NCBI RefSeq assembly: GCF_001194135.2
Contig: NC_068989.1
Span: 1,891,323-1,952,420 of the forward strand
Length of the DNA stretch: 61,098 nt
From: Octopus bimaculoides
Taxonomy: Eukaryota
Direction of reading: 5' to 3'
The notes beneath the pieces were generated by a model. It made no database searches, was not told the DNA's origin, and was given only the letters and a program-made list of their open reading frames with translations. Shown here in pieces: positions 12,315-24,582 of this stretch (within the stretch, counting starts at the first letter, position 1; every line of letters starts with the position of its first letter). A program made the position numbers and the translations under genes.

Positions 12315-13171
12315 AACAGATGTCCAGCTGAATCTCCCAACAATATATATACAATATCATTGCCTATTCAGGCAGTGATGTCACAAATAGCCTCAAGGCT
12401 TATCAAAAAATAATAACGAAAGAAGCTCTATTAATATCAGATTCGTGATTTTTGTTTGTTGTTTTATACAGTTGAGGTGTTAGAGTGTGGCTCTGCTGGA
12501 GGTGGACCAATGTCCATTGCAAGTGGCCATTCATTGTCCATTGAGCATGGAAAAGAGACATAAGAGATTATGATGAGATTATCTCACACACACACAAGAA
12601 TGAAAACGAAAAAGACAAGCTATAAAATGAGAAGAAAAAAATAAAAAAAATTGGCAGCTTTATTCTTAGATATGAAACAGAAGCATGCAAGTTGGCATTA
12701 ATTGCTGCTCCCTTTTTTCCTGATCCTGAGCCCTTTGTTTCCCAAACTCATTCTGGGCAAACAAGCGACATTCGAGATACCAAGTGAGCTGATATTTGAA
12801 GAAGAATGTCAAAAAATGAGATAAAAGAAGACAACAAAACTGGTGGTGGCAGGGAAATATGGAGGTTTGACCAATTCCTTAACATTTTAATGTTTTATGA
12901 TATTTAGGTTGTGTTTTTTTGGTATGGGCTATTGTTTAAATTTGATTTAATTAAACTGATGTCATTATTTCTTCTCTTTTTTTTGTTTTTTAAATGGCCT
13001 TAAATATTTGTTTTTTGAGAAAAAAATATCTTAAAAATAGTTGAAATAGAATATTAAAAAAGGTAACTAAACCCGGAATGTAGGTATTTCTTATCTCAGT
13101 TTTTTGACTTTTTCTCTTTTTTTTTTTTTTTTTTGTAAATATTTTGTTTAAGACTGAGAACATATGAAGTT

Positions 13172-13252
13172 TTAATAGAGATTCTCTGCATTGGCTGAAC
13201 GTGGTTTCTTGATTTTCTCAATATTCTTCATGACAACATCGTGTAAAGATGC
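13172..13252 (-). CDS. PSME3: PSME3 last coding exon: ASLHDVVMKNIEKIKKPRSANAENLY*
   Basis: tttgcag acceptor; C-terminus matches PA28-gamma LHDxxxKNIEKIKxPRSxNAExLY; TAA at 13174-13172. Confidence 0.97.
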   Translation of the reverse strand, partial: ASLHDVVMKNIEKIKKPRSANAENLY

Positions 13253-13401
13253 CTGCAAATAAAGGGAGACAACAACAATGTTTTAACGTTACATTACATA
13301 ATTTATGCACCAACAACACAACTCCTATCTGATCCATCAAAATACTACATCAACAACCAAATCTCCCTCAATTCACACCCTTAGATAAAAGTTAAGCAAC
13401 T

Positions 13402-13453
<52 letters not shown>

Positions 13454-14794
13454 CATCTTGGCATTTTGAACTAATTATATCGGCCTATTAAGCATCGCTA
13501 GATTGCAGAAGTCGGAGTGTGGTTAGCCTTGTCTGTCACTGGTTCATTCATAATTCCAGACAACCAATCAATGCCAATGATAGGTTTTTGTAGACCAACA
13601 GTTTACAGCTTTTGGCTGTTGATGAAAAACAAAGCAGCTACAACTAAATCAAGAAGAAAAAATAATAAAATGCAACACAATAGACTTGTTCCAACCATGC
13701 CAACACTGAAAACAAACATGGAAAGCGATGACAAAGGGTTATGAATTACTAATTATTTTGTTATTTCGTCTATATTTGTTCCTTGTGCTGTTGAGAAATC
13801 TAATAATTTAATTAAACTCATAAGGTGTGCTATCAATGTTAACGCAGCCATTGAAATTTTTTCAAAGTCCCCTGCAGTCAACAGAATCAGAACAGAGACT
13901 GTCAGGAAGATTACAAATGGAGTGAATCTGTGATAAGCCAAAGTGACCAAGTGTAAGCTAACCACAGCCTATCACAGTGGTTCCCAGCCCTTTTATTTAA
14001 ATGAGTTTTCCCAGGCAGAACAGCATTTTGGTCAAGTGTTACAAGGACAAAGGAAATGCTTTAGAAAGGGGCCATCAAATTGTTGGACCAGATTTTGTAC
14101 ACGACAGATGTGCAGCAGCAATAAATTAACAAAAAGTAGACGGGGAAAAGATGCCTTCAAATGGCCAACATTACAACAATCTGCACAGATCTTTTACTTG
14201 TTCCAATCACTATACTGCGGCCATGCTGGAGCACCGCTTTCAAGAATTTCAGTTCAATAAATCAACCCCAGTGCTTCTTTTGCTTTTTTCTAAGCTTGGT
14301 ACCTATTCTGTCAGTCTTTTTCACCAAACCGCTAAGTTACAGAGATATAAACACCAGTTGTCAGCAGTGGTGAGAGACAAGCACACACAGGCTTCTGCCA
14401 GTTTCTGTTGACGAAACCCATTCACAAGGCTTTATTCTGTTATTGTGTTACTTGTTTCAGTCATTTAACTGCAGCCATGCTAGAGCACCACCTTAAAGGG
14501 ATTTTAGTCGCAGATATCAACCTGACTTATTCTTTGTAAGCCTAGTACTTATTCTATCAGACTCTTTGCCAAACCGCTAAGTCATGGGAACATAAACACA
14601 CCAATATCAGTTGTCAAATGATGGCCTGGGGACAAACAGACACAAACACAAACACACAACAGGCTTTTTCAGTTTCTGTCAACCAATCCATTCACAAGGC
14701 TTTGGTGGGCCTGAGCCTGTAGAATAAAACATTTACCAAAGTGTCACTCAGTGGGACTGAACCCAGAACCATGTGGTTGGGAAGCAAGACTTAC

Positions 14795-14881
14795 ATAGTG
14801 GTTTCTGAGTTCACAGGTCATGAGACGCAGGCTGATGTACTCCTTCTCATCTAGCTCTCGTACTGATTGCCGGTAATCATC
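14795..14881 (-). CDS. PSME3: PSME3 coding exon 8: DDYRQSVRELDEKEYISLRLMTCELRNHY
   Basis: DYRxxVxExDEKEYISLRL motif; 87 nt; donor gtaagt. Confidence 0.97.
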
Positions 14882-15171
14882 CTGGAAAAGCAAAGCATCT
14901 TGATTGAAGTAGACAAACCAATTTCTGTAGAAACTACAACCAACAACTGACAAGGAAATATCTAAATGTATTTATTATATACAAGGTGTTCAAAGAGTCT
15001 CTCTGCAGGGAAATTTTTCATCCAAGATTTGTTTCAAAACATGTGTAGAAAGAGTCAACTTGGGTATTGAAAACAAAGGACGACACTTTCAACACCTCTT
15101 ANNNNNNNNNNNNNNNNGGGGGGGCTAATGCAGTTTCGCACCTGAAAAGTTTGAACGAAGATTGTACTTAC

Positions 15172-15294
15172 TATGTGAGGATACTTAGCAACTTTTGACA
15201 CCAATTTTGCTCGAGTTACAAAATAGCGTGAAATCATTTCCAGATAAGAAGCAGATTCTGTTTCAACTTGTCTCGCCTCAGCCAAAGTATCTTC
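15172..15294 (-). CDS. PSME3: PSME3 coding exon 7: EDTLAEARQVETESASYLEMISRYFVTRAKLVSKVAKYPHI
   Basis: SRYxxTRAKLVSKxAKYPH motif; 123 nt; donor gtaagt. Confidence 0.97.
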
Positions 15295-15819
15295 CTGAAA
15301 GTGTTTTAAACAAGAATTAATTATTTTGTAACTCTCAATAGAGACAAATTAGACCACGGGAAATGAAATGTGTGTGTTTGTGTATGTAAATGAATTTAGA
15401 ATGAAAAATTACTCAATGGATGTAGTAGACTTCATTCATTTCTTCAAAGTCAAGGTCTTCCCCATCCTCCATCATGTTTCATTTCAGTGTTACAAGACTC
15501 AGAACCATAAAGAATTGTTTGGTCACTACACCTGAGAAATATCCCACCATTTTAAAAATGGAAGGTGCATATCCAAGATTATATAATCTAGATACACTAT
15601 CCTTAAACAGAGATGGGATGGTCATGGATTGATTGTCTTTGGTCATAGGTTTGCTCACTTAAAGTTGATTTGTTTTCTACCAAAGACAAAGCAAATGAGA
15701 TACCAACCACTCTGGTATTCTGTCGGTTACAACGATGAGGGTTCCAGTTGATCCCAGCAATGGAGCAGCCTGTTCAGGACATTAACATGCAAATGGCTGA
15801 GCACTCCACAGACAGACAT

Positions 15820-16385
15820 GCTCTTAATCTAGTTTTCAATATATACACAAAAAATAAGCAGAATGCAGATGGATTGAAGATATACTGGAGGTGCGAAAAT
15901 TGTGTGTGCAAGGTGAGACTTCAAACAGATGAAAAGTCTAAAGAGCTGAAGAACACTGGAATCTATAATCTTGCTTCAACTGCTGCAGAGGTAAATGCAA
16001 GGATAAGAGTTTCAAATATTAAAGTGAAGTCTATTTCATCTCGAGGTGCCCCTTGCTCAGTTATCACTGGTGAAGTTCAGATTTTAAACAACTGTACATT
16101 GTCACAAATACCTCCGTTTGCACAGCTTAATAGGAATATTAGACGTTGGAGGCAAGCGGATTCCAACTATCCTGACACCCCTCTTACAAATCCTGGGTTT
16201 TCCATTCCAAGGTAGGAATACTCCAACCTTGACAATGATGAGACGTTTTTAAAGTATGACAGCAGGACGGATGATTCAAACCAAATACTAATATTTGCAA
16301 GTGACGAAGCACTTCAACAGTTAAAACAGCGGGCGACAGATGGAACATTTAAGTGCTGCTCTAGTATATTTTTTCAGTTATATAT
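15820..16385 (+). mobile_element. MULE (Mutator-like) transposase remnant with FLYWCH-like N-terminus, in a PSME3 intron
   Basis: IYTKNK...IYWRCE..CKVRLQT (FLYWCH-like). After one in-frame TAG at 16213-16215 it continues FLKYDS...ILIFAS...DGTFK...FFQLY (MULE DDE start). Confidence 0.85.
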
Positions 16386-16518
16386 ATACTTTAAAAATAT
16401 ATATATATATATATATACTTTAAAAATATATATATATATATATATATATATACTTTAAAAATATATATATATATATATATCCAAAGACCATCATACATCT
16501 CGAGAAGTGTATACATTT

Positions 16519-16550
<32 letters not shown>

Positions 16551-16581
16551 CATACACATACATTTGAGTGATTGACTCTAC

Positions 16582-16650
16582 CTGAATGGACACACCAAAG
16601 TTGTTGCCATCTTCAATTTTGGGGATGAGAAAAGAAATCCACATTTTTAA
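16582..16650 (-). CDS. PSME3: PSME3 coding exon 6: LKMWISFLIPKIEDGNNFGVSIQ (activation loop)
   Basis: Diagnostic PA28 motif IPxIEDGNNFGVSIQ; 69 nt; AG/GT boundaries. Confidence 0.97.
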
Positions 16651-16884
16651 CTGGAAAGAAAAAAAGAATAGGTTTAAATAAGGGTAACTCAAATTGAACA
16701 TTCAGACCAGGTATAAACAAAATATAAACAACACAATCTTACAAATATCTTATATTTTTTTTTTACTTGTTTTAGTCATTAGACTGTGGCCATGCTGGGG
16801 CACCACCTTGAAGAATTTTTAGTTGAATAGATTGACCCCCAGTATTTATTTAAAGATGTAAGTGAGGGAGATTTGGTGACTGTT

Positions 16885-17125
16885 TTAACCCTTTGCCTGT
16901 CCTGTGTATCTCTTGTGATACACAACACATATTTCCCTGATGTCCCTGCATCATATATATAATACATATTCCCAATTCTTTTAAACCAAAGGAACTTGGG
17001 ACTTATGAAAGGAAAACTCTATATTACTCAAAACATAAGAAACAAAGGTTAACTAGAAGTATGAAAACAAACAATGGACATTAAGAACTACCTTACAAAA
17101 ATACCTTAGACAGGCAAAGGGTTAA
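16885..17125. mobile_element. piggyBac-like MITE, family 2
   Basis: TTAA|CCCTTTGCCTGTC...GACAGGCAAAGGG|TTAA; 13-bp perfect TIR. Confidence 0.82.
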
Positions 17126-17211
17126 AATGAGACTAAGACCCCAGTCTGTTTAAAGAAGTAGATAATAATATGAAGCTAATGAATAAATAATAAGAGAGAA
17201 AGCAAGCTTAC

Positions 17212-17330
17212 CATATTAGTGTGATCAACGAGCTGTCTAATGATGGGTTTCAATGTCTGGATTAGATGAGAGATTTCTTTATTTGTGGGAATACTACCTT
17301 GTGGAAGACACAACACCATTGAACCTTGAA
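17212..17330 (-). CDS. PSME3: PSME3 coding exon 5: (V)QGSMVLCLPQGSIPTNKEISHLIQTLKPIIRQLVDHTNM
   Basis: ttttccag|...|gtaagc; 119 nt; phase 1/0 matches the neighbouring exons. Confidence 0.93.
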
Positions 17331-18240
17331 CTGGAAAACAATATCAACAAATATTACAAAAAATTGGTCATCTTTCCATTTAAAAAATTTTCTGGTTTTG
17401 GTTTTAGTCTGAAAGTTGTTTTTCAACTAGTTGACTCTGATTGAGCAGATTTGAAATTAAAAGTAATCCAGCCATGACCATCCCATCTTCTTACAATATT
17501 TAAAACTGCATGTGTCGTTCCTTTTTGCAACAATTTAACCCTTTAGTGTTAAATGTAATGCTTTTTTGTTCATGTTATTTTGAATTATTCTAATTCAAGA
17601 GGGATGTCCACAATATTTGCTTGTAACTTTGTTAATTTTTTACATAAAGATTTGAAATTTTGTCAATGGATGCTTATATGCCAGTGGATTATAGTTATGT
17701 AACTTTAGCTGATCTTGCAGATTAAATTTGACTTTTACGGGCAGGTAAATTTAATTAACAGGTGTAAAAGCAATAACATTATGGATAAACATCAACTGCA
17801 TCTTGCCTGTTTGATCCGTTACTAAAATTATCCCAGATGTCAACTACCAACAATTTTGTCACTTTTCATGATGAGGTACATTAATTTGAGTTAATTAAAA
17901 TACAGGTATAATCAGTACAAGATTTTATTCTTTCTCTAAATTTCACTGCTCTACATGGTCACCCAACTTACAAGAAACAGCAGCCAAATCCCATTTAAAT
18001 AATATCCTGCTCTTGTAACAAAAAAAAAACATTTTTTAAACAAAGGCCATACTGGACAGTGCAGTTATAGATCTACAAAAAAGACGAAACGTCATGGCTG
18101 GAGTGCTTTTTATCATAAACTTATTCTTTACATAGCTGACCCAGAGTGAAACAACAACAAAATATCACAATTAAACAATGAAACAAAAACAAAACAAAAA
18201 ATACAATTTTGGTCTATTTTGCCCTGACAAATCAACTTAC

Positions 18241-18289
18241 CATTATCAAGATTTGCATGGTTCTGATCCAGACGTCTCTTCTTTGATGG
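18241..18289 (-). CDS. PSME3: PSME3 coding exon 4: PSKKRRLDQNHANLDN (NLS-containing insert)
   Basis: tttgtag|...|gtaagt; 49 nt; the KKRRLD nuclear localisation motif is typical of PA28-gamma. Confidence 0.93.
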
Positions 18290-18348
18290 CTACAAAAAGA
18301 GAGGACAGAGAAATAGTGAGTGTAACGAAGAAAGACATAAATGGCTCG

Positions 18349-18546
18349 TTAACCCTTTAGCATTTAGATTATTCTTCTAGCTAACACAATGCTTATTTAT
18401 TCCCATTGTTTTGAATTAATCGTGCATAATCTCATAGCTTCAAGGTTCCAATGATGTGATTATTTTTAGAATGACATTGTAGTGGAAGAGGCTGGGATCT
18501 AGCTGGCTTGAACGTATGGCTGCCAGTTTAAATGCGAAAGGGTTAA
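18349..18546. mobile_element. piggyBac-like MITE, family 1 (another copy at 48673-48888)
   Basis: TTAA|CCCTTTAGCA...TGCGAAAGGG|TTAA; homologous interior to 48673-48888 and to a partial copy near 48357-48550. Confidence 0.8.
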
Positions 18547-19242
18547 AGAAAGAAAGCAACAAAAAAATGGAGAACTTGATGCAGTGTGGAGAATAATAAA
18601 AGGGTGGAAAGAGGAAGAGGACAAAGATAAGAATGTTAGGGTTAGGGTAAAGAGAGAGAGAGAGAGAGAGAGAGAAGTTCATGGGTGGAAGTAAACAGGA
18701 AATAAATGAAGAGAAAGAAGAAAGCACTGCATGGTGTTTAGGGTGGTTGAAAGAAGGATAAAAGATTTAAAAAAGACAAAAGTTAAAATTGGACAAAATG
18801 TGTAGCTTCAGAAGGAAACTATTTTGTAGGAGATTAAATGGCAAAGAATTGGTGTGTGTCGGAGTCTTTGATCAGACCTTGTATTAAAGACACACCTTGC
18901 AGTACAAGACTTCAAGAGTAAATTTAATTGTCATAATTATGTGTGAATAATATTCTTTAAAACTTATTCAACAGTGCAATTCACAATAGTTTCTATTCTT
19001 CTCATGAACACATCTGAGGAGATGTGATCATACAAGAAATGAATTAAATTTTTTAAATAATTTTAAATATTTCTAACTCCTCTAAAAACTTCTAAAAAGA
19101 AAGAAAAAAAGAACATTAGATAAAGTAAAAAAAAAAGAGAAGAAAGAGATGGAAGAAAATCTGTCGAGTCATTGTGGAAATGGAACAGAAATCTAAAAAT
19201 CTTTCAATGGAGAAAGCTTGGAGAGCTAAGAATGTTACTGAC

Positions 19243-19386
19243 CAAATCTTCAACCAACACAGGATCTGGTACAGGGACATTCAAGTCACAATGGATGTCG
19301 TTTACTCGTTCTAATGTTAATGTTTTGAATAAATTGTCCAATTCCACAACCTTCCGCGGAAAGACATCTTTGATGAGAACTTCACC
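19243..19386 (-). CDS. PSME3: PSME3 coding exon 3: GEVLIKDVFPRKVVELDNLF...IHCDLNVPVPDPVLVEDL
   Basis: PA28 alpha-domain motif FPxKxxELD...IHxDxNxPVPDP; AG/GT boundaries; 144 nt. Confidence 0.95.
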
Positions 19387-21058
19387 CTGGAAAAAACGTT
19401 TAGAAAAAACAGAAAAATCATTTTCTTTTTTATATTTGTTGAAACTTGAATTAACAAGCAGGAAATATTTAAAAGGAATGCAGCACATCTTCAATAACAT
19501 AGTAGTATTACTATTACTACTAATTGTTTCTACTAAAGGTAGAGGGCCAGAGATTTTGAGGGGAAGGGCAAGTTAATTACACGGAGCCCAGTAATTGACT
19601 GGTAAGTTATTTTATCAACCTCAAAAGGATGAAGGACAAAGACGAGCTTGGCAGCATTTGAACTCAGAATGTAAAGAGCCAAAAGAATTACCGAGAAGCA
19701 TTTTCTTCAATGCAATAAGGATTCTGACAGCTCATCACCATTACTAATCACCATCATCATCATTTAACATTTGTTTTTCCATGCTGGCATGGGTTGGATG
19801 GTTTGACAGGAGCTGGGAAGGCTGAGGGTGCACCAGGCTCCATTTGTCTGTTCTGGTTTCTGATGCCCTTCCTAATGCCCAAACACTTTACAGAGTGTAC
19901 TGGGTGCTTTTTACATAGCACAAGCACTAATAATACTAATTCCTTTTACTAAAGGCACAAGGCCTGAAATTCCAGGAGACAGTATTGGTCAATTCCACTG
20001 ACCCCAGTGCTCAATTGGTGCTTATTTCATTGACCCTGGAAGGAGGAAAAGGGAAAGTTAACCTCAGTGGAATTTGAACTCAGAACATGGAAAAGGACAA
20101 AATTCTTTGTCTTGCACGCTAACGATTCTGCTAGCTCGCCACCTTAACAACAGCAGCAACAATAACAACAATGATGGTGGTGGTAGTGGTGATGATGATT
20201 TCTCACATTGACCACCAGGCCATGCATTTCAGGAGAGTAAACAATCAAATAGGTCGACCAATTTTATCAATAACAAAAGATAAATGAAAGGGGACTGAGC
20301 GAATACCAATTCAGAGGGAAAATAATGCAATGAAACTGCATTGCATTTTCTCTTTCAGCCCATCATAAAAATATTTCTAATTTTGGCACAAAATATAAAC
20401 ACAGAGCAGCATAGCCATAATGGCATTAAAGGTTTATTTATGAGAGACAGAAACAGCGTTTGTAACAAATACGAATTGGCACACCACATGTTCACAGATC
20501 CCTGGTACTACCTTTGCAGACTGCCAGGGGTCTGCAGAGTAAGGCTGGGAACCACTGGTATAGGACGATATGGGGGCAACTGAAGTAGGCTAAAACAATA
20601 ATGTGTTTTACCTTGCTGACCACCAACAATGGTGGTCAGCAATCTTTTACCTTTTACTCATTTCAGTTATAAGACTGCAGCCATGCTGGAGCACCACCTT
20701 GAAGAATACATTTTTTTAAAAACCTGGTACTTATTGTGTCGGTCTCTTTTGTCAAACCACTAAGTTACAGGGAGGTAAACACACCAACACCAGTTGTTAA
20801 GCAGTGGTGGGGGACAAACACAGACACACACATACGATGGGCTTCTTTCAGTTTCCGTCAACCGAATCTACTCACAAGGCTTTGGTTGGCTCGAGGCTAG
20901 AGTAGAAGACACTTGCCCAAGGTGCTACACGGTGGGACTGAACCTGGAACCACATGGTTGGGAAGCAAACTTTTTAACACACAACTATGCCTACTCTTAT
21001 TTGTAAAGTGACAAATTAAAAACAGAAAAATAATCAAAGAAATAAAAAAACAGCTTAC

Positions 21059-21091
21059 ATCTGTTTTCAACTTTTCTTTGAAAGCTGCTAC
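21059..21091 (-). CDS. PSME3: PSME3 coding exon 2: VAAFKEKLKTD
   Basis: ttctcttttag|...|gtaagc; 33 nt, phase 0/0; equivalent to the short vertebrate exon VDSFRERITSE. Confidence 0.9.
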
Positions 21092-22306
21092 CTAAAAGAG
21101 AAGAAAGAAAATCATTTACAACACCTGGTTCTCATTCAAAGGTATTTTTCAATATTATCACTATTATTATTATTATTATTACTATTATTATTATTCAGGT
21201 CACTGTCTGGAATCGAACTTGGAATCTTGGGGTTTGTAGCTTTTCTTCAGTTATGTTCCAAACACAAGTTTAATGATGACAAAGTTGATTTATTTATAAA
21301 CTCTTTTATTCTTTCGCTGGTTTCAGTCATTTGACAGTGGCCATGATGGAGCACCACCTTTAGTCAAAGAAACTGACCCCAGGACTTACTCTTTGTAAGC
21401 GTAGTATTTATTCTATCAATCACTTTTGCCGAACTGCTAAGTTACAGGGGCGTAAACACACTCACATCAATTGTCAAGCAATGGTGGGGGGGTGGACAAG
21501 CACAGACACACAAATACATCCATATATATAANNNNNNNNNNTGACGGGCTTCTTTCAGTTTCCATCTACCAAATCCACTCACAAGGCTTTGAACAGCCCA
21601 AGGCTATAGTAGAAGACACTTACCCAAGATGCCACACAGTGAGACTGAATTTGAAACCATGTGGTTGGTAAGCAAGCTACTTACCACACAGCCTCACTTA
21701 ACAAGATCCTGCAAGCCTCAGGATTGCATTGGGCTCCAATGTCACTTTTGACATGATTTCTACAACTGCATGCCATTCCTAACATCAACCACTTTGCACT
21801 GTGTACTGGATGTGTTTCTCCCCACTCCCTTTTTTTAAAATTATATTTTTGTGCCACCAGCGGTCGCCATATAAGTTACAAAACAGAAAAAGAAGGGAAG
21901 GAAAGAGCCCCCTCGATTAAGTGGGAGATAACTTTTACCCAGATACTCATCAGTTATCATTTAACGTCAATTTCCCATGCTGGCATGGGTTGGGCTACCC
22001 AGCATATGAGGGTGGGTATATACATACATATGTAAAATATATAATTAAGGCTAATTAAATTGACTATTATTAATTAGTGTAATGATAAGAAAGTAGAAAC
22101 AGTGAAGCGTCAGAGTAAACGTTTGAAGGCTACATTCTGAGTTCAAATCTTGATGGGACTGATTTAGTGTATTTTTACCAATATCGATATAAACCAGAGT
22201 CAAATTATTTTTGACAATGAAACCTTAAAGGTCTTTAGGTCTCCAAGTCAGGAAAGAAAAAAAAGCCTCAACAGACTTTCAGACAGTCGAGATAAGATCG
22301 CTTATA

Positions 22307-22559
22307 TTGGGTTGGTGCATAATTACTGCGGCTTTTTTTTCAACAAATTTTATTCAGCAAAAACAATAACTGCACGTAATAAAAACATCTTTAAATGATT
22401 ATTCCGGGGTATATTCACCATCTACTTCAATTACTGCTTCCGATTTGCTTAGCAGACGGTCAGACCATCATTTAAAGATGTTTTTGTTAAATGTTGTCAT
22501 TGTTTTTGTTGAATAAAATTTTGTTGTAAAAAAGCCGCAACAATCGTGCACCAACCCAA
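22307..22559. mobile_element. Mariner-derived MITE with TA target-site duplication
   Basis: TA|TTGGGTTGGTGCA...TGCACCAACCCAA|TA; about 90-bp imperfect TIRs; internal AVIEVDGEYTPE* resembles a mariner transposase C-terminus. Confidence 0.88.
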
Positions 22560-22899
22560 TAGAATTGGAGTTGAGTATAGCCAAATGAACAGGCTCCCGT
22601 ATTCAGGAGGATGACAAAAAAGTTTTAATTTAAATTCGGGCAAATTAATTGCTGTCAGATATCTAGTCCACCAGCTTACTATTTCTGTCAACAAATAAGC
22701 TCTTCCTTTTTAAAAAGACATTTCCGTAGCACCAACATGAAGAAATTTGGCTGCTATTTCTAGCTAGTCGAGCGAACATATATAGCAGAAATGGGGGGAG
22801 GTGACAGAAAGGGCTGAAATTACAAATTTATAAGAACCTATTGAGATGCATCTGAGATGAGATAAACAATCTTAACTTTATGAGTAATGCGTTGATCTT

Positions 22900-23350
22900 T
22901 TAGGTTTAAAAAGTGTTTTTCTATCGAACTTTTAGAGAATTTGTCAATGAGCCGTTTCAAAATTTAAATGTGAGCGAGAATCTCTCCACTTCTGATATAA
23001 AGGCTCCCTCGAATGCTGAGGCCATAGCTATAAGAATTATAGCATATTTAATCTTTCTCTGTTTTCATAATTCTCAGAAAAGATTCTACGATGCAGTCGC
23101 CTTCTTGGTTAGCCATTGGTAACTATGGACCGAAAAATCACGTGGAGTGGTGTAAGGGACGTAACTATATTGCTATGGCTGGTGTGGAAGTTCTTCATAG
23201 ATAAGATATATAATATATGAATATATGGAAATATGTCTTTACTCTGTCATCTGAACGATACTGAACGGATTCAATCGATTTTTTGCGATTAATTCTTTAT
23301 TCCAAATTACTCCTGTTCGAACGCGTTCTCTGGAAGGGTCATGGTAAGTA
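22900..23350. promoter_or_regulatory. CpG-containing promoter-like island inside a PSME3 intron
   Basis: TCACGTG at 23138-23144, CCATTGG near 23113, plus-strand ATG|GTAAGT at 23341-23349, minus-strand ATG at 23025-23023. Confidence 0.45.
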
Positions 23351-24582
23351 AGTACAAGAACTGCACTATTTTCTGCTTGGCATTCAGAGATTGAATATTG
23401 ATAATTATCAATACATCGTAAAATGTGCTATTAAATTTATGGAAAATAATATTTCCAATCATATATACTTAACCATCTGCATTTCTTTTGGTTTGTTGTC
23501 AATCACTCCTGGGCATTAATTATATCAATGACTGGAATCTTTAAATCGAATTCTACGGAAACGTTACAACATGAAAACAAAGACTTTTGTCAACGTATTG
23601 CGATGATAAAGCTACTAGACACCTTTCCATATGGAAGCTCCTCAACTCGCTAAAGAATTTAATATATTTTATGGTTGAATGAGGATAAATATCTGATCTT
23701 ATGAATAAAAGAATTTGATACTTTGAAAAAAAAAAAACATATAAAACATGAATCCCCTTTTTTAAATAAAGAATTAAAATTTAGATATCGAAATTTTGAT
23801 GTGTGCTTTCTTTAAATTAATTCAAAAGGCACACCGTTATCAGGTGAGGGTTATCCACTATAAAGGGATCATATCCTGGTTTATCCTAATTACTATTATT
23901 GATAACTATTGCAGTTATCCTAATTATTTTTATAATCCAATCAAACTGATCAGATAATAAAAAGTATCGATCAAGATTTGGAAAACAAAAAGCACTTTGT
24001 ATGCCTAGAGACATTTGTTTATACCTGTGTGACAGTAAATTAATATTTACTTATAAAATATTTACAAAACAGAAAATAATGACAAATATTTTTTTTTTAA
24101 ATGAGCCAGTCGCATGTGCTTTTTTGTTTTTCCTCTAACACATAATAATGTCTAGTTTAAATAAGGATTTCGTTATTTATGCAATGTAAATAAAAATCCT
24201 AATTGAAACAATCTTTAAAATGTCTTAAATTGAATTTTTTTACTCATTTCGTTGAGTATTTCGTTTTCCTTTTTATATTTCCAAATGATTTCCATTGTAA
24301 AGAGACACAAAAGACTAATAGAGTCGCAGCTCCTTATGTATATATGTAAGCTATATATATATAACAGATGGTCCTACATTAATTAACAAGTTCTCAATTA
24401 AACAAAGCTTGTTATATTAACATGCTGTCTTAATTGCATTGAGGATCTTTTACCAACACATGGCCAAGTGGGAAAGCAGTGCGTGTCTTTATCTGAACAG
24501 CACTTATTATCCTAATACGTATAACGACACTCTAATGGCTGGTTCTTTTCATAGTGCAGTCATTGTATTAATTGCTACTTAC

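Noticed and set aside
12465-12619. Frame LVFFVFILVCV*DNLIIISYVSFPCSMDNEWPLAMDIGPPPAEPHSNTSTV* suggesting readthrough
   Set aside because: It lies in the PSME3 3' region, the frame depends on a (CA)n tract length, and no homology is recognisable.
13975-20557. Perfect inverted 15-mers CAGTGGTTCCCAGCC (13975-13989) and GGCTGGGAACCACTG (20543-20557) flanking PSME3 exons
   Set aside because: These look like hAT/Charlie TIRs, but the 8-bp flanks differ (no TSD); most likely ends of two independent decayed MITEs.
21925-21960. Minus strand GATAA-CTGATGA...TTATC
   Set aside because: A stem I-like pairing exists but there is no stem II or GAAA.
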